A stretch of 64,000 bases of DNA. Origin: an uncultured Eubacteriaceae bacterium. GTDB taxonomy: Bacteria > Bacillota > Clostridia > Eubacteriales > UBA1433. Numbering within the stretch: the first letter of the stretch is position 1; the number at the start of each line of letters is the position of its first letter. This document shows positions 28,141 through 38,352 of this stretch, piece after piece. The DNA lies in assembly GCA_964533615.1 (NCBI GenBank), contig CAZHMK010000001.1, positions 138,156 to 202,155 on the forward strand, given 5' to 3'. Under the pieces are notes generated by a model. The model saw only the letters and a list, made by a program, of their open reading frames with translations. It was not told the origin of the DNA and made no database searches. A program made the translations under genes and the position numbers.

Positions 28141-28944
28141 CTATAATTCGCTATGTGCTGCATCAACTGTTTCCTGAATTTTTTTATCTAAATCACTTAT
28201 AGTATCTTCTTGATTAAAAGTAACATAAAACAGAAATTCAATATTGCCTTTTGCTCCTTTGATATCTGAATACGTCATATTTCTTATGAAATAGTCTTTT
28301 TCTACAAGAACTTTCGCCACATTGTTCAAAATATTTTTATGTGTTGAAGCATTTTTAATAATTCCTTTTTTCTCAATTTGCTCTTTTGAAGATTCAAACT
28401 GCGGTTTTATTAATATAATACCAAAGGAATTTTTTTTTAAAAAATTCTTCAAATGATCGACAAGTTTTAATATAGATATAAATGATACATCCATAACAAA
28501 TCCATCGGCTTTTTCATTGATTGTATCCGGATCCAAGTATCGGAAATTTGTTCGCTCTAAAACCACAACACGTTCATCTATTCTCAATGAATAATCCAAC
28601 TGCCCATAACCCACATCTATTGCATATACTTTTTGGGCACCGTTTTTTAACAGACAATCGGTAAATCCCCCGGTTGAAGCACCAATATCTAAAAAAATTT
28701 TATTTTTAAGATTAATATTAAAGATATCCAAGGCTCGTTTTAATTTCAGACCGCCTCTTCCGACAAACGGATTTTTATTTTCTTTAATTTCAATAAATGA
28801 ATCTTCTTTAACTAAGGTACCTGCTTTTTCTAGGCATACATTATTTATATATACCTCTCCCGACATAATCGCGGCTTTCGCTTTTTCTCTGCTATTATAA
28901 TATCCCTTGTCACATAAAAGCAAATCTAATCTTACTTTACTCAA
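28141..28944 (-). CDS. tlyA: TlyA-family rRNA (cytidine-2'-O)-methyltransferase
   Basis: S4 domain N-terminus (RLDLLL...SREKAK), VGRGGLKL, and DIGASTGGFTD. Confidence 0.88.
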   Translation of the reverse strand: MSKVRLDLLLCDKGYYNSREKAKAAIMSGEVYINNVCLEKAGTLVKEDSFIEIKENKNPFVGRGGLKLKRALDIFNINLKNKIFLDIGASTGGFTDCLLKNGAQKVYAIDVGYGQLDYSLRIDERVVVLERTNFRYLDPDTINEKADGFVMDVSFISILKLVDHLKNFLKKNSFGIILIKPQFESSKEQIEKKGIIKNASTHKNILNNVAKVLVEKDYFIRNMTYSDIKGAKGNIEFLFYVTFNQEDTISDLDKKIQETVDAAHSEL

Positions 28945-29038
28945 TCATTGTCCTCATAATACATAATATTTACTTTAAGCAGTATGAATAATTATACCAT
29001 AGCATCTATATCTACACAATAATATTATAGGTTTCCTT

Positions 29039-29929
29039 TTAATAGTCTCTATTACAAATAAAATTTGCCATCTGTAATAAAAAACTTGTATCAGTATTGA
29101 TATATTTAATATATTTTTGTGCTTCCTTATAAAGCTCCTGTATTTTTTTATACGTGTTATCCAGTCCATAGACAAGCGGGTATGTTAATTTTTTTACAAC
29201 AGTATCTTTTCCTGTAGATTTCCCAAGTTTGCTTTTATCTCCTTTGATATCCAAAATATCATCTGCTAATTGGAAAGCCAGTCCTATTGCTTCGGCATAT
29301 CTTGTCAAAGCTTCTAAATCTTCTTCTCCGCAATTAGCTAATATTGCTCCGGCTCTTATGGATGCCCTGAGCAGTGCACCTGTTTTATGCTTATGAATGT
29401 ATTCCAGCATATCTTTATCCGGCTCTTTCCCTTCACTTATAATATCCATAACTTGTCCAGCAACCATGCCATTATGACCCGATGCCCGAGTAATTTCTGT
29501 TATGGAATTTAAATAAGGGTGCAGATACATATCACTATCATAAGGTATATGCTCAAGCATTGTTTGAAATGCGCAATTTAATAATCCATCTCCCGCCAAT
29601 ATGGCTATACCTTCACCAAACACTACGTGATTTGTAGGCCTTCCTCTTCTTAATTCATCATCATCCATTGCAGGAAGATCATCATGAATAAGCGAATACG
29701 TATGGATCATCTCAAGAGCTGCAGCAATAGGATAGGCAAGCTCAATCGGACCATTACAAATATTTACTGTCTCCAGAAGTAAAACAGGGCGAATTCTTTT
29801 TCCGCCGGCTTTTAACGAATATTCCATGGCATCTTTTAACAAAGGCGGAACATCTCCCGTTGGATGATAGTTGTCTAATATTCGATTTACTTTCTCTGCT
29901 CTTTGTTTTAATTCTGCTTCAAAACTCAT
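29039..29929 (-). CDS. ispA: Polyprenyl (farnesyl/geranylgeranyl) diphosphate synthase
   Basis: Two aspartate-rich motifs, LIHDDLPAMDDDELRRGRP and FQLADDILD. Confidence 0.9.
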   Translation of the reverse strand: MSFEAELKQRAEKVNRILDNYHPTGDVPPLLKDAMEYSLKAGGKRIRPVLLLETVNICNGPIELAYPIAAALEMIHTYSLIHDDLPAMDDDELRRGRPTNHVVFGEGIAILAGDGLLNCAFQTMLEHIPYDSDMYLHPYLNSITEITRASGHNGMVAGQVMDIISEGKEPDKDMLEYIHKHKTGALLRASIRAGAILANCGEEDLEALTRYAEAIGLAFQLADDILDIKGDKSKLGKSTGKDTVVKKLTYPLVYGLDNTYKKIQELYKEAQKYIKYINTDTSFLLQMANFICNRDY

Positions 29930-30149
29930 CGTTATCGTCCTCAGCTATATTTTTTATACTGTTTGTATTCATATTTAATACTTTTAATTTGTTTTCCGTA
30001 TCGCTCAGTTCCTTTTCCATTTCCTTGATTAGAGTATTCGCATTGGTAACAATTTTAATGGATTCTTCCAATCCAGCTTTACCGCTTTCTAAAAAAAGCA
30101 CCATATTTTCTAATTCTTTCATCTTATCTTCAAATTTTTTATTTTCCAT
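29919..30149 (-). CDS. xseB: Exodeoxyribonuclease VII small subunit
   Basis: 76-aa helical protein overlapping both xseA and ispA, in the canonical position. Confidence 0.85.
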   Translation of the reverse strand: MENKKFEDKMKELENMVLFLESGKAGLEESIKIVTNANTLIKEMEKELSDTENKLKVLNMNTNSIKNIAEDDNDEF

Positions 30150-31350
30150 ATCGTTCTCCTTTTATTCTGGTAACTTTTGCTTTAATACTAAAATCCAAAA
30201 ATTGAATATCTATTTCATCGTCCATATGAATATTATGTTTATTTTGAACAAGAGCATTGTCACTGTAAACCAATGCATATCCTTTATTGAGCGTTGTAAC
30301 TATATCATTATTCTCGATTCTTTTTTTTAAATTTTCAAGTTTTATCTTATTTACTTCCAATAAATTCTTCACTGATATTCTAATTCGTTTATCATAATTT
30401 TCAAGATACTGCCTAAATTGTTTAGAGCTATTTAATATGTTTCTTTTCAAAACATCACTGTTTTTTAAAATATCTATCCTCACTTTATACTCACTAATCT
30501 TTCGATCTAAATAATGAAAGAAAAAATATTCTTTTTCTTTCAGCAAACCCGATAATTCATATGCTGAAAGCGCTACCATTTCTGCAGCAGCCGTAGGCGT
30601 AGATGCTCTCATATCTGCAGTAAAATCTGCTATAGTGTAGTCTGTTTCATGTCCTACAGCTGATATTATAGGTATTGTTGAATAATATATGGCATCCGCA
30701 AGTATTCTTTCGTTAAACGCCCAAAGTTCTTCGATACTTCCTCCACCTCTGGCTAATATCATCACTTCTACGGTATTACTCTTGTTTATATATTCAATCA
30801 TAGTTGCAAGCTCTGTCTCTGCTCCGCTGCCCTGCACCGAACATGGCCACACAATAATTTCAACAGCAGGGTTCCTTCTCTGTAACGTATTCATAATATC
30901 ATGAATAACGGCTCCCGTAGGAGATGTGAGCACTGCAACTTTTCTTGGGAACATTGGCAAAGGCTTTTTGCGCTCGGCCGCAAAATATCCTTTCGTTTCG
31001 AGTTCTTTTAGTAATTTATTATATTTTTCATATAACAGTCCGACCCCGCTTGAAATAAGTACTGATACATATAATTGACACGCGCTTGTTTTTTCCCAAA
31101 GCGCAACTTTTCCAAAAGCTGTTATATGCATACCGTCTTTAGGAATAAAATCAATATTCATAACATCTTTTTGAAACATGATACAATTTATTTTAGCTAT
31201 ATCATCTTTTAAGCTAAAATACAGCATACCGGAGGTATGTAATTTAAAATTCGAGACTTCACCTTCTATAGCAATCGCGCTTAAGGTATTTTCTTCATCA
31301 ATGAGATCATTTATTTTTTTTGTTACTTCCGATACTTTATAAGTTCGCAT
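30139..31350 (-). CDS. xseA: Exodeoxyribonuclease VII large subunit
   Basis: 403 aa. OB-fold N-terminus (GEVSNFK.HTSG..YFSLKD) and a catalytic core (RGGGS.EELW.FN). Confidence 0.9.
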   Translation of the reverse strand: MRTYKVSEVTKKINDLIDEENTLSAIAIEGEVSNFKLHTSGMLYFSLKDDIAKINCIMFQKDVMNIDFIPKDGMHITAFGKVALWEKTSACQLYVSVLISSGVGLLYEKYNKLLKELETKGYFAAERKKPLPMFPRKVAVLTSPTGAVIHDIMNTLQRRNPAVEIIVWPCSVQGSGAETELATMIEYINKSNTVEVMILARGGGSIEELWAFNERILADAIYYSTIPIISAVGHETDYTIADFTADMRASTPTAAAEMVALSAYELSGLLKEKEYFFFHYLDRKISEYKVRIDILKNSDVLKRNILNSSKQFRQYLENYDKRIRISVKNLLEVNKIKLENLKKRIENNDIVTTLNKGYALVYSDNALVQNKHNIHMDDEIDIQFLDFSIKAKVTRIKGERYGK

Positions 31351-31359
31351 ATTTCTACC

Positions 31360-32649
31360 TTACTTTATTGTTTTCGCTTTCATAAAGGATGTTTTGTTTT
31401 CGGTCAAATGAACAGTATGTATCTGACCGCTAAGATCGTTTTGGTCTTCTGTTTTCACAAATATATAATTCTTTGTATACCCTTCATTTATTCCGTTAAT
31501 TTTTTTTTCAAATAATACTTCGTACGTTTTATCGATATTTTCCGTATTAAATTTATTTTGCAAATAATCTGAAAGCAGAAGAAATTTACTGCATCTTGCT
31601 TGTATAGTTTTTTTGTCAATTTGCGGATTAAACGATGATGCAGCTGTCCCTTTTTTCATTGAATAAGGGAAAACATGAATTTTCATAAATTCACTCTTTT
31701 TACAAAATTCATATGATATTTCAGAATCTTCGTCACTTTCCATAGGAAATCCCACAATTACATCTGTCGTCAAAGATACATTTTTAAAATATTTTCTTAC
31801 ATTTTGGATAACGTCGAAATATTCTTTTGAAGTATACTTCCTGTTCATATCTTTGAGCGTTTTGTTACATCCGCTTTGCAACGATATATGAAAAGAATGG
31901 CACAATTTATCGAGACAAGATAGCCTTTGCAGCGTTTGCTCTGAAAATATTTTCGGTTCAATCGATCCCAGACGAATTCTTTGAAGCCCGTCTATATTAT
32001 GCAATTCTTCAATTAAATCAATTAAGGTATGGTTTTCTTGTTTATCGATTCCATAAGAAGCGATATGAATTCCCGTAAGTATGATTTCTTTATGTCCGTT
32101 TTTAACAACAGTATTGACTTCATTTTTAATATCATATATATTCCTGCTTCGGGCAGGTCCTCTTGCATAAGGTATGATGCAATATGAACAAAAATTATTG
32201 CATCCCTCTTGTATTTTTATAAACGCTCTCGTCTTTTGATTAAAAGAATTGATTTGAAGCGGTTCAAAGCTATGTTCATTTAAAATATCTGTAACATGAA
32301 CTATTTTTTTTCTTTTGGCTTCTTGAATAATCTCAAATAATTTTGATCTGTCTGCATTTCCGAGAACGGCATCAACACCTTGTAAATTCACTATCTCATC
32401 AGGACTTATTTGCGAATAACATCCTGCCGCAATTATAATTGCATTGGGATTTAATTTATTGGCCCGTCTGATTGCTTGCCTTGATTTTGCCTCACTTATA
32501 TTCGTAACGGCACAAGTATTGATGATATATACGTCTGCCTTATCTTTAAAATCAACAATATCAATGTCATGATCTTTTAATATTGTTAACATAGCTTGTG
32601 TATCATAACTATTGGTTTTGCACCCTAATGTATAAAAAGCTGCTTTCAT
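31360..32649 (-). CDS. mtaB: MiaB-like tRNA methylthiotransferase MtaB (radical SAM)
   Basis: UPF0004 N-domain (YTLGCKTN), radical SAM CNNFCSYCIIP, and a TRAM-like C-terminus. Confidence 0.85.
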   Translation of the reverse strand: MKAAFYTLGCKTNSYDTQAMLTILKDHDIDIVDFKDKADVYIINTCAVTNISEAKSRQAIRRANKLNPNAIIIAAGCYSQISPDEIVNLQGVDAVLGNADRSKLFEIIQEAKRKKIVHVTDILNEHSFEPLQINSFNQKTRAFIKIQEGCNNFCSYCIIPYARGPARSRNIYDIKNEVNTVVKNGHKEIILTGIHIASYGIDKQENHTLIDLIEELHNIDGLQRIRLGSIEPKIFSEQTLQRLSCLDKLCHSFHISLQSGCNKTLKDMNRKYTSKEYFDVIQNVRKYFKNVSLTTDVIVGFPMESDEDSEISYEFCKKSEFMKIHVFPYSMKKGTAASSFNPQIDKKTIQARCSKFLLLSDYLQNKFNTENIDKTYEVLFEKKINGINEGYTKNYIFVKTEDQNDLSGQIHTVHLTENKTSFMKAKTIK

Positions 32650-32652
32650 TTA

Positions 32653-33390
32653 TTATCCTAATTCTCTTTCATAAACACAGCAAGACAATATAAAAAGACC
32701 CGCTGTTTCTGTACGCAATATCCTGCTGCCGAGTGATACGATTTTAGCGCCTGATTTTTTTGCATGCTCGACTTCTTTTTGTTCAAATCCGCCTTCGGGT
32801 CCGACAATAAAGCACAAGGATTTTACTGTATTTTGAAGCGCTTGCCTGAGCGTGTGATTTCTTTCTTCTTCATATGCCATGATAATTAAATTGTTCTTAT
32901 CCAGCGCATTAAACATATCAGTAAAACTCTGATAAATTTCAACGTCGGGGAGGATACCTCTATTGCATTGTTTTGCGGCTTCGTAAACTATTTTTTCATA
33001 TCTTTTCAATTTTTTTTCTTCTTTATCTTTATCATATACAACATCACATCTTTGCGCATAAAAAACGCTGATATGATCCACCCCAAGCTCGACAGCTTTT
33101 TGTAACACCAGCTCAATTTTATTTCCCTTAGGCATTGCCTGACACAAGGTTATTTCATAAGATTTCTCAGATTGATTTTTTGTATTGCTTAATATATTCA
33201 TTTCCAGAAAGTCTTTATGAACGCTACTCACTTCACACAAATAATCGTTTTTATTTTTATCACAAGCGATGATTTCCTCTCCTATTTTGACCCTTAAAAC
33301 TTTTTTTAAATGCTCAAAATCTGTGCCGGCCACTACTATATTATTCTGTTCTTTTTTAATATTAAAATCATCAACAAATACTCTGTGCAT
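32653..33390 (-). CDS. rsmE: 16S rRNA (uracil1498-N3)-methyltransferase
   Basis: RsmE family pattern (HRVFV..., IVGPEGGF, LGSRILRTETA). Confidence 0.88.
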   Translation of the reverse strand: MHRVFVDDFNIKKEQNNIVVAGTDFEHLKKVLRVKIGEEIIACDKNKNDYLCEVSSVHKDFLEMNILSNTKNQSEKSYEITLCQAMPKGNKIELVLQKAVELGVDHISVFYAQRCDVVYDKDKEEKKLKRYEKIVYEAAKQCNRGILPDVEIYQSFTDMFNALDKNNLIIMAYEEERNHTLRQALQNTVKSLCFIVGPEGGFEQKEVEHAKKSGAKIVSLGSRILRTETAGLFILSCCVYERELG

Positions 33391-34319
33391 TATTCTTCCT
33401 CATTTATTGCCGCTATGCTTATCCATTCACCTTGTTGCATAATTTCTTTAATTATATAATTATTTTCTAACAAACATTCTTTTACTTCATTTTCCTGTGT
33501 ATCTAATATGCCAGACAAAATAAATAAGCCACCTTTTTTTATAAACCGTTTAGCCTGCGGTATTATTTTTTTTAAAATAGATGCAATGATATTCGCAACC
33601 ATAATATCGGCTTTGTGGCTGCAAGCTTTTAATAGATTTTCTTGTTTTACTTCAATATTATTTAATTGATTTAATGCTGCATTTTTTTTAGCAGCACTCA
33701 CTGCGATCTCATCGATATCAGAGGCAACTACTTTTCGGGCACCTAATCTTGAAGCTAAAATAGATAATATGCCGCTTCCGCACCCTATGTCATAAACACA
33801 GTCGTCTTCATTTACATATTTGTTTAAAAATTTCATGCATAGTTTCGTGCTTTCATGTAATCCTGTTCCAAAGGCAGCACCCGGTTCCAATATTACTAAT
33901 TTTTTTCCTTGATGACGCTCGATAGCCCTAACGTCCCATGTCGGACAAATAACAATATCATCTAAATACATTACCTGATAATACTTTTTGTGTTCTTCTG
34001 CCCAGTCGATATCCATTATTTCGCGTACATCAATACCATAATCTTCAAAATCAATACCATAAGTCTTAAATTCTTCTATTTTATCTTTAATTTGCTGTAT
34101 TTCGTTTTCTATATGATTAGAATCTATATATCCGACTACTCTGCACATACCCTCCGGTAAAGATACATCCATATCATCCCATAGCTCGTCCTCGCTTAAT
34201 GGTTCAGATGTATTATAAATTGCGCAGCCTTCTATACCAATCTCATTTAAAACCAGGCAAATGGGCTCTTCCATCATACTTTTTACCATTATTTCTATTT
34301 CAAACATAATCCCCTCCAA
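33390..34319 (-). CDS. prmA: Ribosomal protein L11 methyltransferase
   Basis: PGAAFGTGLHESTKLC and DIGCGSGILS motifs. Confidence 0.9.
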   Translation of the reverse strand: MEGIMFEIEIMVKSMMEEPICLVLNEIGIEGCAIYNTSEPLSEDELWDDMDVSLPEGMCRVVGYIDSNHIENEIQQIKDKIEEFKTYGIDFEDYGIDVREIMDIDWAEEHKKYYQVMYLDDIVICPTWDVRAIERHQGKKLVILEPGAAFGTGLHESTKLCMKFLNKYVNEDDCVYDIGCGSGILSILASRLGARKVVASDIDEIAVSAAKKNAALNQLNNIEVKQENLLKACSHKADIMVANIIASILKKIIPQAKRFIKKGGLFILSGILDTQENEVKECLLENNYIIKEIMQQGEWISIAAINEEE

Positions 34320-34583
34320 AAAAATTAGTAATATTATATATTATAACAACATTTTACCTGTTTTACATTATTCAATGATATAAATTGTTATAAAAATAAA
34401 AAGGATATTTTACATTTTAAGCAAAATAGCCTTTAAATATTTTCAAACAATTATGAAGGATAAAATTATCACACAATCTTTAATATGTATTTATCATAAA
34501 AATATATCCATGCAAGTTTAAAATGCTGTTTAATCTTATAGATCACAGCTTTCAACTTATATAATTTAATTATTGCAAAACTA

Positions 34584-34832
34584 TCATAGTAATTTTAAAT
34601 AAGCCTTTATGAATTCTTCAATCAATTCATCTCGTTCAACTTTTCTAATCAACGAACGAGCACCGTTATGAGAAGTAATATATGTTGGATCACCGCTCAT
34701 AATATATCCCAACAATTGATTAATGGGATTATAACCTTTTTCAACAAGCGCTACATTAACTTCTTTTATAATATCCTGAATTGCTTTCTCTCGGTCAGAA
34801 CTTATTGTAAAACGCACCGTATTATTATCCAT
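34584..34832 (-). CDS. ireB: IreB-family regulatory phosphoprotein (UPF0297)
   Basis: I chose the start at MDNNTVRF (ATG at 34832) with GGGAGG upstream. Conserved [27 protein letters not shown]. Confidence 0.88.
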   Translation of the reverse strand: MDNNTVRFTISSDREKAIQDIIKEVNVALVEKGYNPINQLLGYIMSGDPTYITSHNGARSLIRKVERDELIEEFIKAYLKLL

Positions 34833-34921
34833 GAGTAATCCTCCCTTTTTATCATGATTTAAGTATAGCATACTTTAATAAATATCAAATATCAAATTAT
34901 AAAAAATATTTCATATATTAA

Positions 34922-37552
34922 TTATAATTCACTTATCTTATTCTTTATTACCGAAAATGCATCATCAATTTTTTTAATATTATTTACTCCTCCTTGCGCC
35001 ATATCTGCTCTTCCCCCACCGCTTCCGCCTGTTTTAGCAATTGCTTCTTTGAGTACCACACCACTTTTGAATCCTTTTTTTACAACTCCCTTTGATGCCG
35101 TTAAAATCATCATTGCTTTATTATCCTTCTTACCGGCAAGGGCGATGACACACATATCAAATTTATCTTTAAATTTATCAGATAATGCTCTCATCTCTTC
35201 CACCGACGCATTATCTACTATAGACGCAATATATTTTATTTCATTGATTTCTGTTACATTATTCAACAATTGAACAAAGATATCTTTGTTCACAATCATT
35301 TTAAGCTCTTCTACATCTTTTGTAAGTTCTTTTATTGTATCATACGCTTCTTCAACTTTCGTAACAACCGATACAATATTCGTCTTTGCAATATGTGCTA
35401 CACTTTGTAAGGCTTCTTCTGTTTTTCTTGTATTCTCATAAGCATATCGACCAGTGACCGCCTCAATACGTCTCACGCTCGATGCAACAGATCCTTCAGA
35501 GAGAATTTTAAACAAGCCGATTTTGGAAGTATTATCTATATGACATCCTCCGCAAAGCTCCATTGAAAATCCACCCATATTAATAACACGTACAACATTC
35601 GCATATTTTTCATCGAATAAAGCCGTTGCCCCGGTTTTTCTTGCTTGTTCAATACTCATATTGCTTTGAGTAACATCATATCCTTCAAAGATTGCTTCGT
35701 TGACTTCATGCTCAATTTTTGCAAGTTGATTTTTTGTAATTTTCTCAAAATGTACAAAATCAAAACGCAGTCTATTTTGTTCAACCAGCGAACCTGCTTG
35801 ATTGACATGTTCTCCCAGTTCTCTTTTTAAAACTTTATGCAATAAGTGTGTTGCAGAGTGATTTCTTTGTATATCTGTACGGCGAGTGCAGTCTACCATC
35901 GCTGTCACTTCATTACCAAGCGCAATAAAACCATCGATCATTTTAGTGTAATGCAAATGCTTATTAGCGTTTTTTTGTGTGTCCTCAATTTCAGCATGTC
36001 CATATTCACTTACTACCGATCCACTATCCCCAACTTGACCTCCGCTTTCAGCATAGAAAGGCGTTTTGTCTAAAACTATAATCCCGCTCTGGCCTTTATC
36101 AAGTCTTTCAGCCATGTGATCGCCGACAATAATTGCCTTTACTTCGGCTTTTACTTTTAGATGTTCGTATCCTATAAATTGAGTGGCTTCAAGAGATGCA
36201 ATTATTTCTGATAAAGAGTCATTCCACCCTTCAACATCTTTTGAAAACCGTGCTTCTCTTGCACGATTTTTCTGTTCTTTCATCTTAAGCTCATATTCAT
36301 CTTTTTTTAAGGTCATGCCATATTCTTCTAATATTTCTTCAGTAAGTTCTACGGGGAAACCAAATGTATCATACATTCTAAAAGCTTCTTGTCCGCTGAA
36401 AACTGTTTTGTTTTCACTTAATAATAAATTTATTTCTTCTTTGAGCATATTTAGCCCTTGGCTGATTGTTTCGTTAAATTTTTCTTCTTCGCTTTTGATA
36501 ACACGTAATATATATTCTCTTTTTTCCGCTAATTCCGGATATGATTCACATGATTGATGAATAGCTTTTTCAGCGACCAAGGCTAAAAACGCATCTTCTA
36601 TAGATAATAATTTTCCATGACGAGCCGCTCTTCGCAACAACCTTCTTAAAACATATCCTCTTCCTTCATTGGAAGGCATAATATTGTCAGATATCATAAA
36701 CACAACACTTCTTATATGATCGGTGATCACTCTAATAGAGATATCTGTCTTTTCATCTTTCCCATATTCTTTATTAGACATTGCGCATACATAATCAAGT
36801 ATACTTTTAACTGTGTCAACTTCAAAAATACTGTCTGCTTCCTGCATAACCGCAGCCATTCTCTCAAGCCCCATACCCGTATCAATATTCGGGAAATCAA
36901 GAGGTGTGTAATTACCTTCATCATCTCTGTTAAATTGAGTAAAGACAAGATTCCAGACTTCCATATATCTGTCGCAATCACATCCAACTTTACAGGTAGA
37001 TTTTCCACATCCGAATCTTTCGCCTCTGTCTACATATATCTCGCTGCACGGACCACAGGGACCTGTCCCTATTTCCCAAAAATTATCATCTTTTCCCAAC
37101 CGCACTATTTTTTCATCAGGTAACCCTATAATGTCTTTCCAAATATGATACGCCTCATCATCTTCTTCATAAATACTTACATAAAGCAATTCATATGGTA
37201 TTTCCATCATTTTTGTCATAAATTCCCAACCCCAGGAAATAGCTTCTTTTTTAAAATAATCACCAAAAGAAAAATTCCCAAGCATTTCAAAAAAAGTACC
37301 ATGTCTTGCTGTTTTGCCTGCATTATCTATATCCGGTGTTCTAATGCATTTTTGACAAGTAGCTACTCTTTTATGCGGTGGTGCTTCTTGTCCCGTAAAA
37401 TATGGTTTAAGCGGAGCCATCCCCGAATTAATTAATAATAAGCTTTTATCTGTTTTAGGCACCAACGGAAAGCTGTGTAATCTTAAATGATCTTTACTTT
37501 CAAAAAATGATAAGAATTTTTCTCTTACTTCATTTAACCCCATATATTTCAT
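34922..37552 (-). CDS. alaS: Alanine--tRNA ligase
   Basis: 876 aa. Class II core (FFEMLGNFSFGDYFK), editing-domain HxxxH...CGG motifs (HSATHLL, CGGCH) and a C-terminal DHHA1 region. Confidence 0.95.
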   Translation of the reverse strand: MKYMGLNEVREKFLSFFESKDHLRLHSFPLVPKTDKSLLLINSGMAPLKPYFTGQEAPPHKRVATCQKCIRTPDIDNAGKTARHGTFFEMLGNFSFGDYFKKEAISWGWEFMTKMMEIPYELLYVSIYEEDDEAYHIWKDIIGLPDEKIVRLGKDDNFWEIGTGPCGPCSEIYVDRGERFGCGKSTCKVGCDCDRYMEVWNLVFTQFNRDDEGNYTPLDFPNIDTGMGLERMAAVMQEADSIFEVDTVKSILDYVCAMSNKEYGKDEKTDISIRVITDHIRSVVFMISDNIMPSNEGRGYVLRRLLRRAARHGKLLSIEDAFLALVAEKAIHQSCESYPELAEKREYILRVIKSEEEKFNETISQGLNMLKEEINLLLSENKTVFSGQEAFRMYDTFGFPVELTEEILEEYGMTLKKDEYELKMKEQKNRAREARFSKDVEGWNDSLSEIIASLEATQFIGYEHLKVKAEVKAIIVGDHMAERLDKGQSGIIVLDKTPFYAESGGQVGDSGSVVSEYGHAEIEDTQKNANKHLHYTKMIDGFIALGNEVTAMVDCTRRTDIQRNHSATHLLHKVLKRELGEHVNQAGSLVEQNRLRFDFVHFEKITKNQLAKIEHEVNEAIFEGYDVTQSNMSIEQARKTGATALFDEKYANVVRVINMGGFSMELCGGCHIDNTSKIGLFKILSEGSVASSVRRIEAVTGRYAYENTRKTEEALQSVAHIAKTNIVSVVTKVEEAYDTIKELTKDVEELKMIVNKDIFVQLLNNVTEINEIKYIASIVDNASVEEMRALSDKFKDKFDMCVIALAGKKDNKAMMILTASKGVVKKGFKSGVVLKEAIAKTGGSGGGRADMAQGGVNNIKKIDDAFSVIKNKISEL

Positions 37553-37741
37553 AATAATAGTATGCTCCTTTTTCTTAATTCATCAGAAAAAAATAACCCT
37601 GCGTCCAGCAGGGACGACTAATTTCAAGCCGCAGTGCCACTCGTATTAATCAATTACTATTGAAAAACCACTATATGAATTATTAAACTATCGCAGTGAT
37701 AATTTCCTTGTTTTTTATTATTTACTTATAATTACCTGTAA
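37553..37741 (-). promoter_or_regulatory. alaS 5' leader with a terminator-type attenuator; possible degenerate T-box
   Basis: On the minus strand the hairpin CCCUGC-UGGAC-GCAGGG (37597-37613) is followed by UUAUUUUUU, then AGGAG and the ATG. The 13-mer GAGUGGCACUGCG (37630-37642) matches the T-box core GGGUGGNACCGCG at 10 of 13 positions. I could not identify a stem I or a specifier loop. Confidence 0.4.
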
Positions 37742-37747
37742 TAAAAT

Positions 37748-37776
37748 ATTATATTTTTTTACGAATTAAATGTCAA
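37748..37776 (-). promoter_or_regulatory. Sigma-A-type promoter of the alaS leader
   Basis: The minus strand reads TTGACA (37771-37776), a 17-nt spacer, then TATAAT (37748-37753). Confidence 0.65.
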
Positions 37777-37882
37777 TATTTTAAAATTTATTTATTTTTT
37801 TAGTTTCGTTTACCAATTATTACATCTCTATTATGCGCATTTATCAATTAATTTAGCTTATTCTAATCAAAAGGTGAGTAGT

Positions 37883-38278
37883 ATGCAAGAAATTTATAAA
37901 ACAGCAAAAGAATACCTTGTAATTTATATAATTGGCGCGTTCGGTTATCCTGTCATTGAGATTATCGTACGCGGTTATACGCATTGGACAATGTCGATTG
38001 CCGGAGGCATTTGTTTTATTTTAGTTTATATTATAAATGTAAAATATAAACATCGCAGCCTTTGGCTCAGATGTTTGCTGAGCGCTTTAACTATTACGGC
38101 AGTGGAATTTGTTGTAGGTATTATCGTCAATTATTTTTTAAAATGGAGTATTTGGGATTATTCTACGCTTCCATTTAATATTCTGGGTCAAATATGTCCC
38201 CTGTTTACACTATATTGGTTACTATTATCATTTCCGCTTATTGGTCTTTGCATTTACTTAAAAAACAGATTGTCTTAG
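37883..38278 (+). CDS. Small polytopic membrane protein (possibly PF06541/CmpB-like)
   Basis: I chose the ATG at 37883 (MQEIYK) with AAGGTGA 6 nt upstream. Four hydrophobic segments. The family assignment is tentative. Confidence 0.5.
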   Translation: MQEIYKTAKEYLVIYIIGAFGYPVIEIIVRGYTHWTMSIAGGICFILVYIINVKYKHRSLWLRCLLSALTITAVEFVVGIIVNYFLKWSIWDYSTLPFNILGQICPLFTLYWLLLSFPLIGLCIYLKNRLS

Positions 38279-38352
38279 TTAGCTCTATCTTTTCACAAAT
38301 TCTTTTTTTTATCATAAACTGTTTATTATGGTAATAGGTATTTCAAAATAGT

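Noticed and set aside
28975-29175. 66-aa minus-strand ORF overlapping the 3' end of ispA.
   Set aside because: It is out of frame with ispA, which is complete through its last conserved region. There is no RBS and no family resemblance.
29860-30330. 156-aa plus-strand ORF spanning the ispA/xseB/xseA junctions.
   Set aside because: It is antisense to three overlapping, well-supported genes. Its Ser/Leu/Phe-rich sequence is a shadow ORF.
35049-37435. A series of plus-strand ORFs (74-135 aa) and one minus-strand 93-aa ORF nested in alaS.
   Set aside because: All lie within the alaS coding region, which is unambiguous over 876 aa. These are shadow ORFs.
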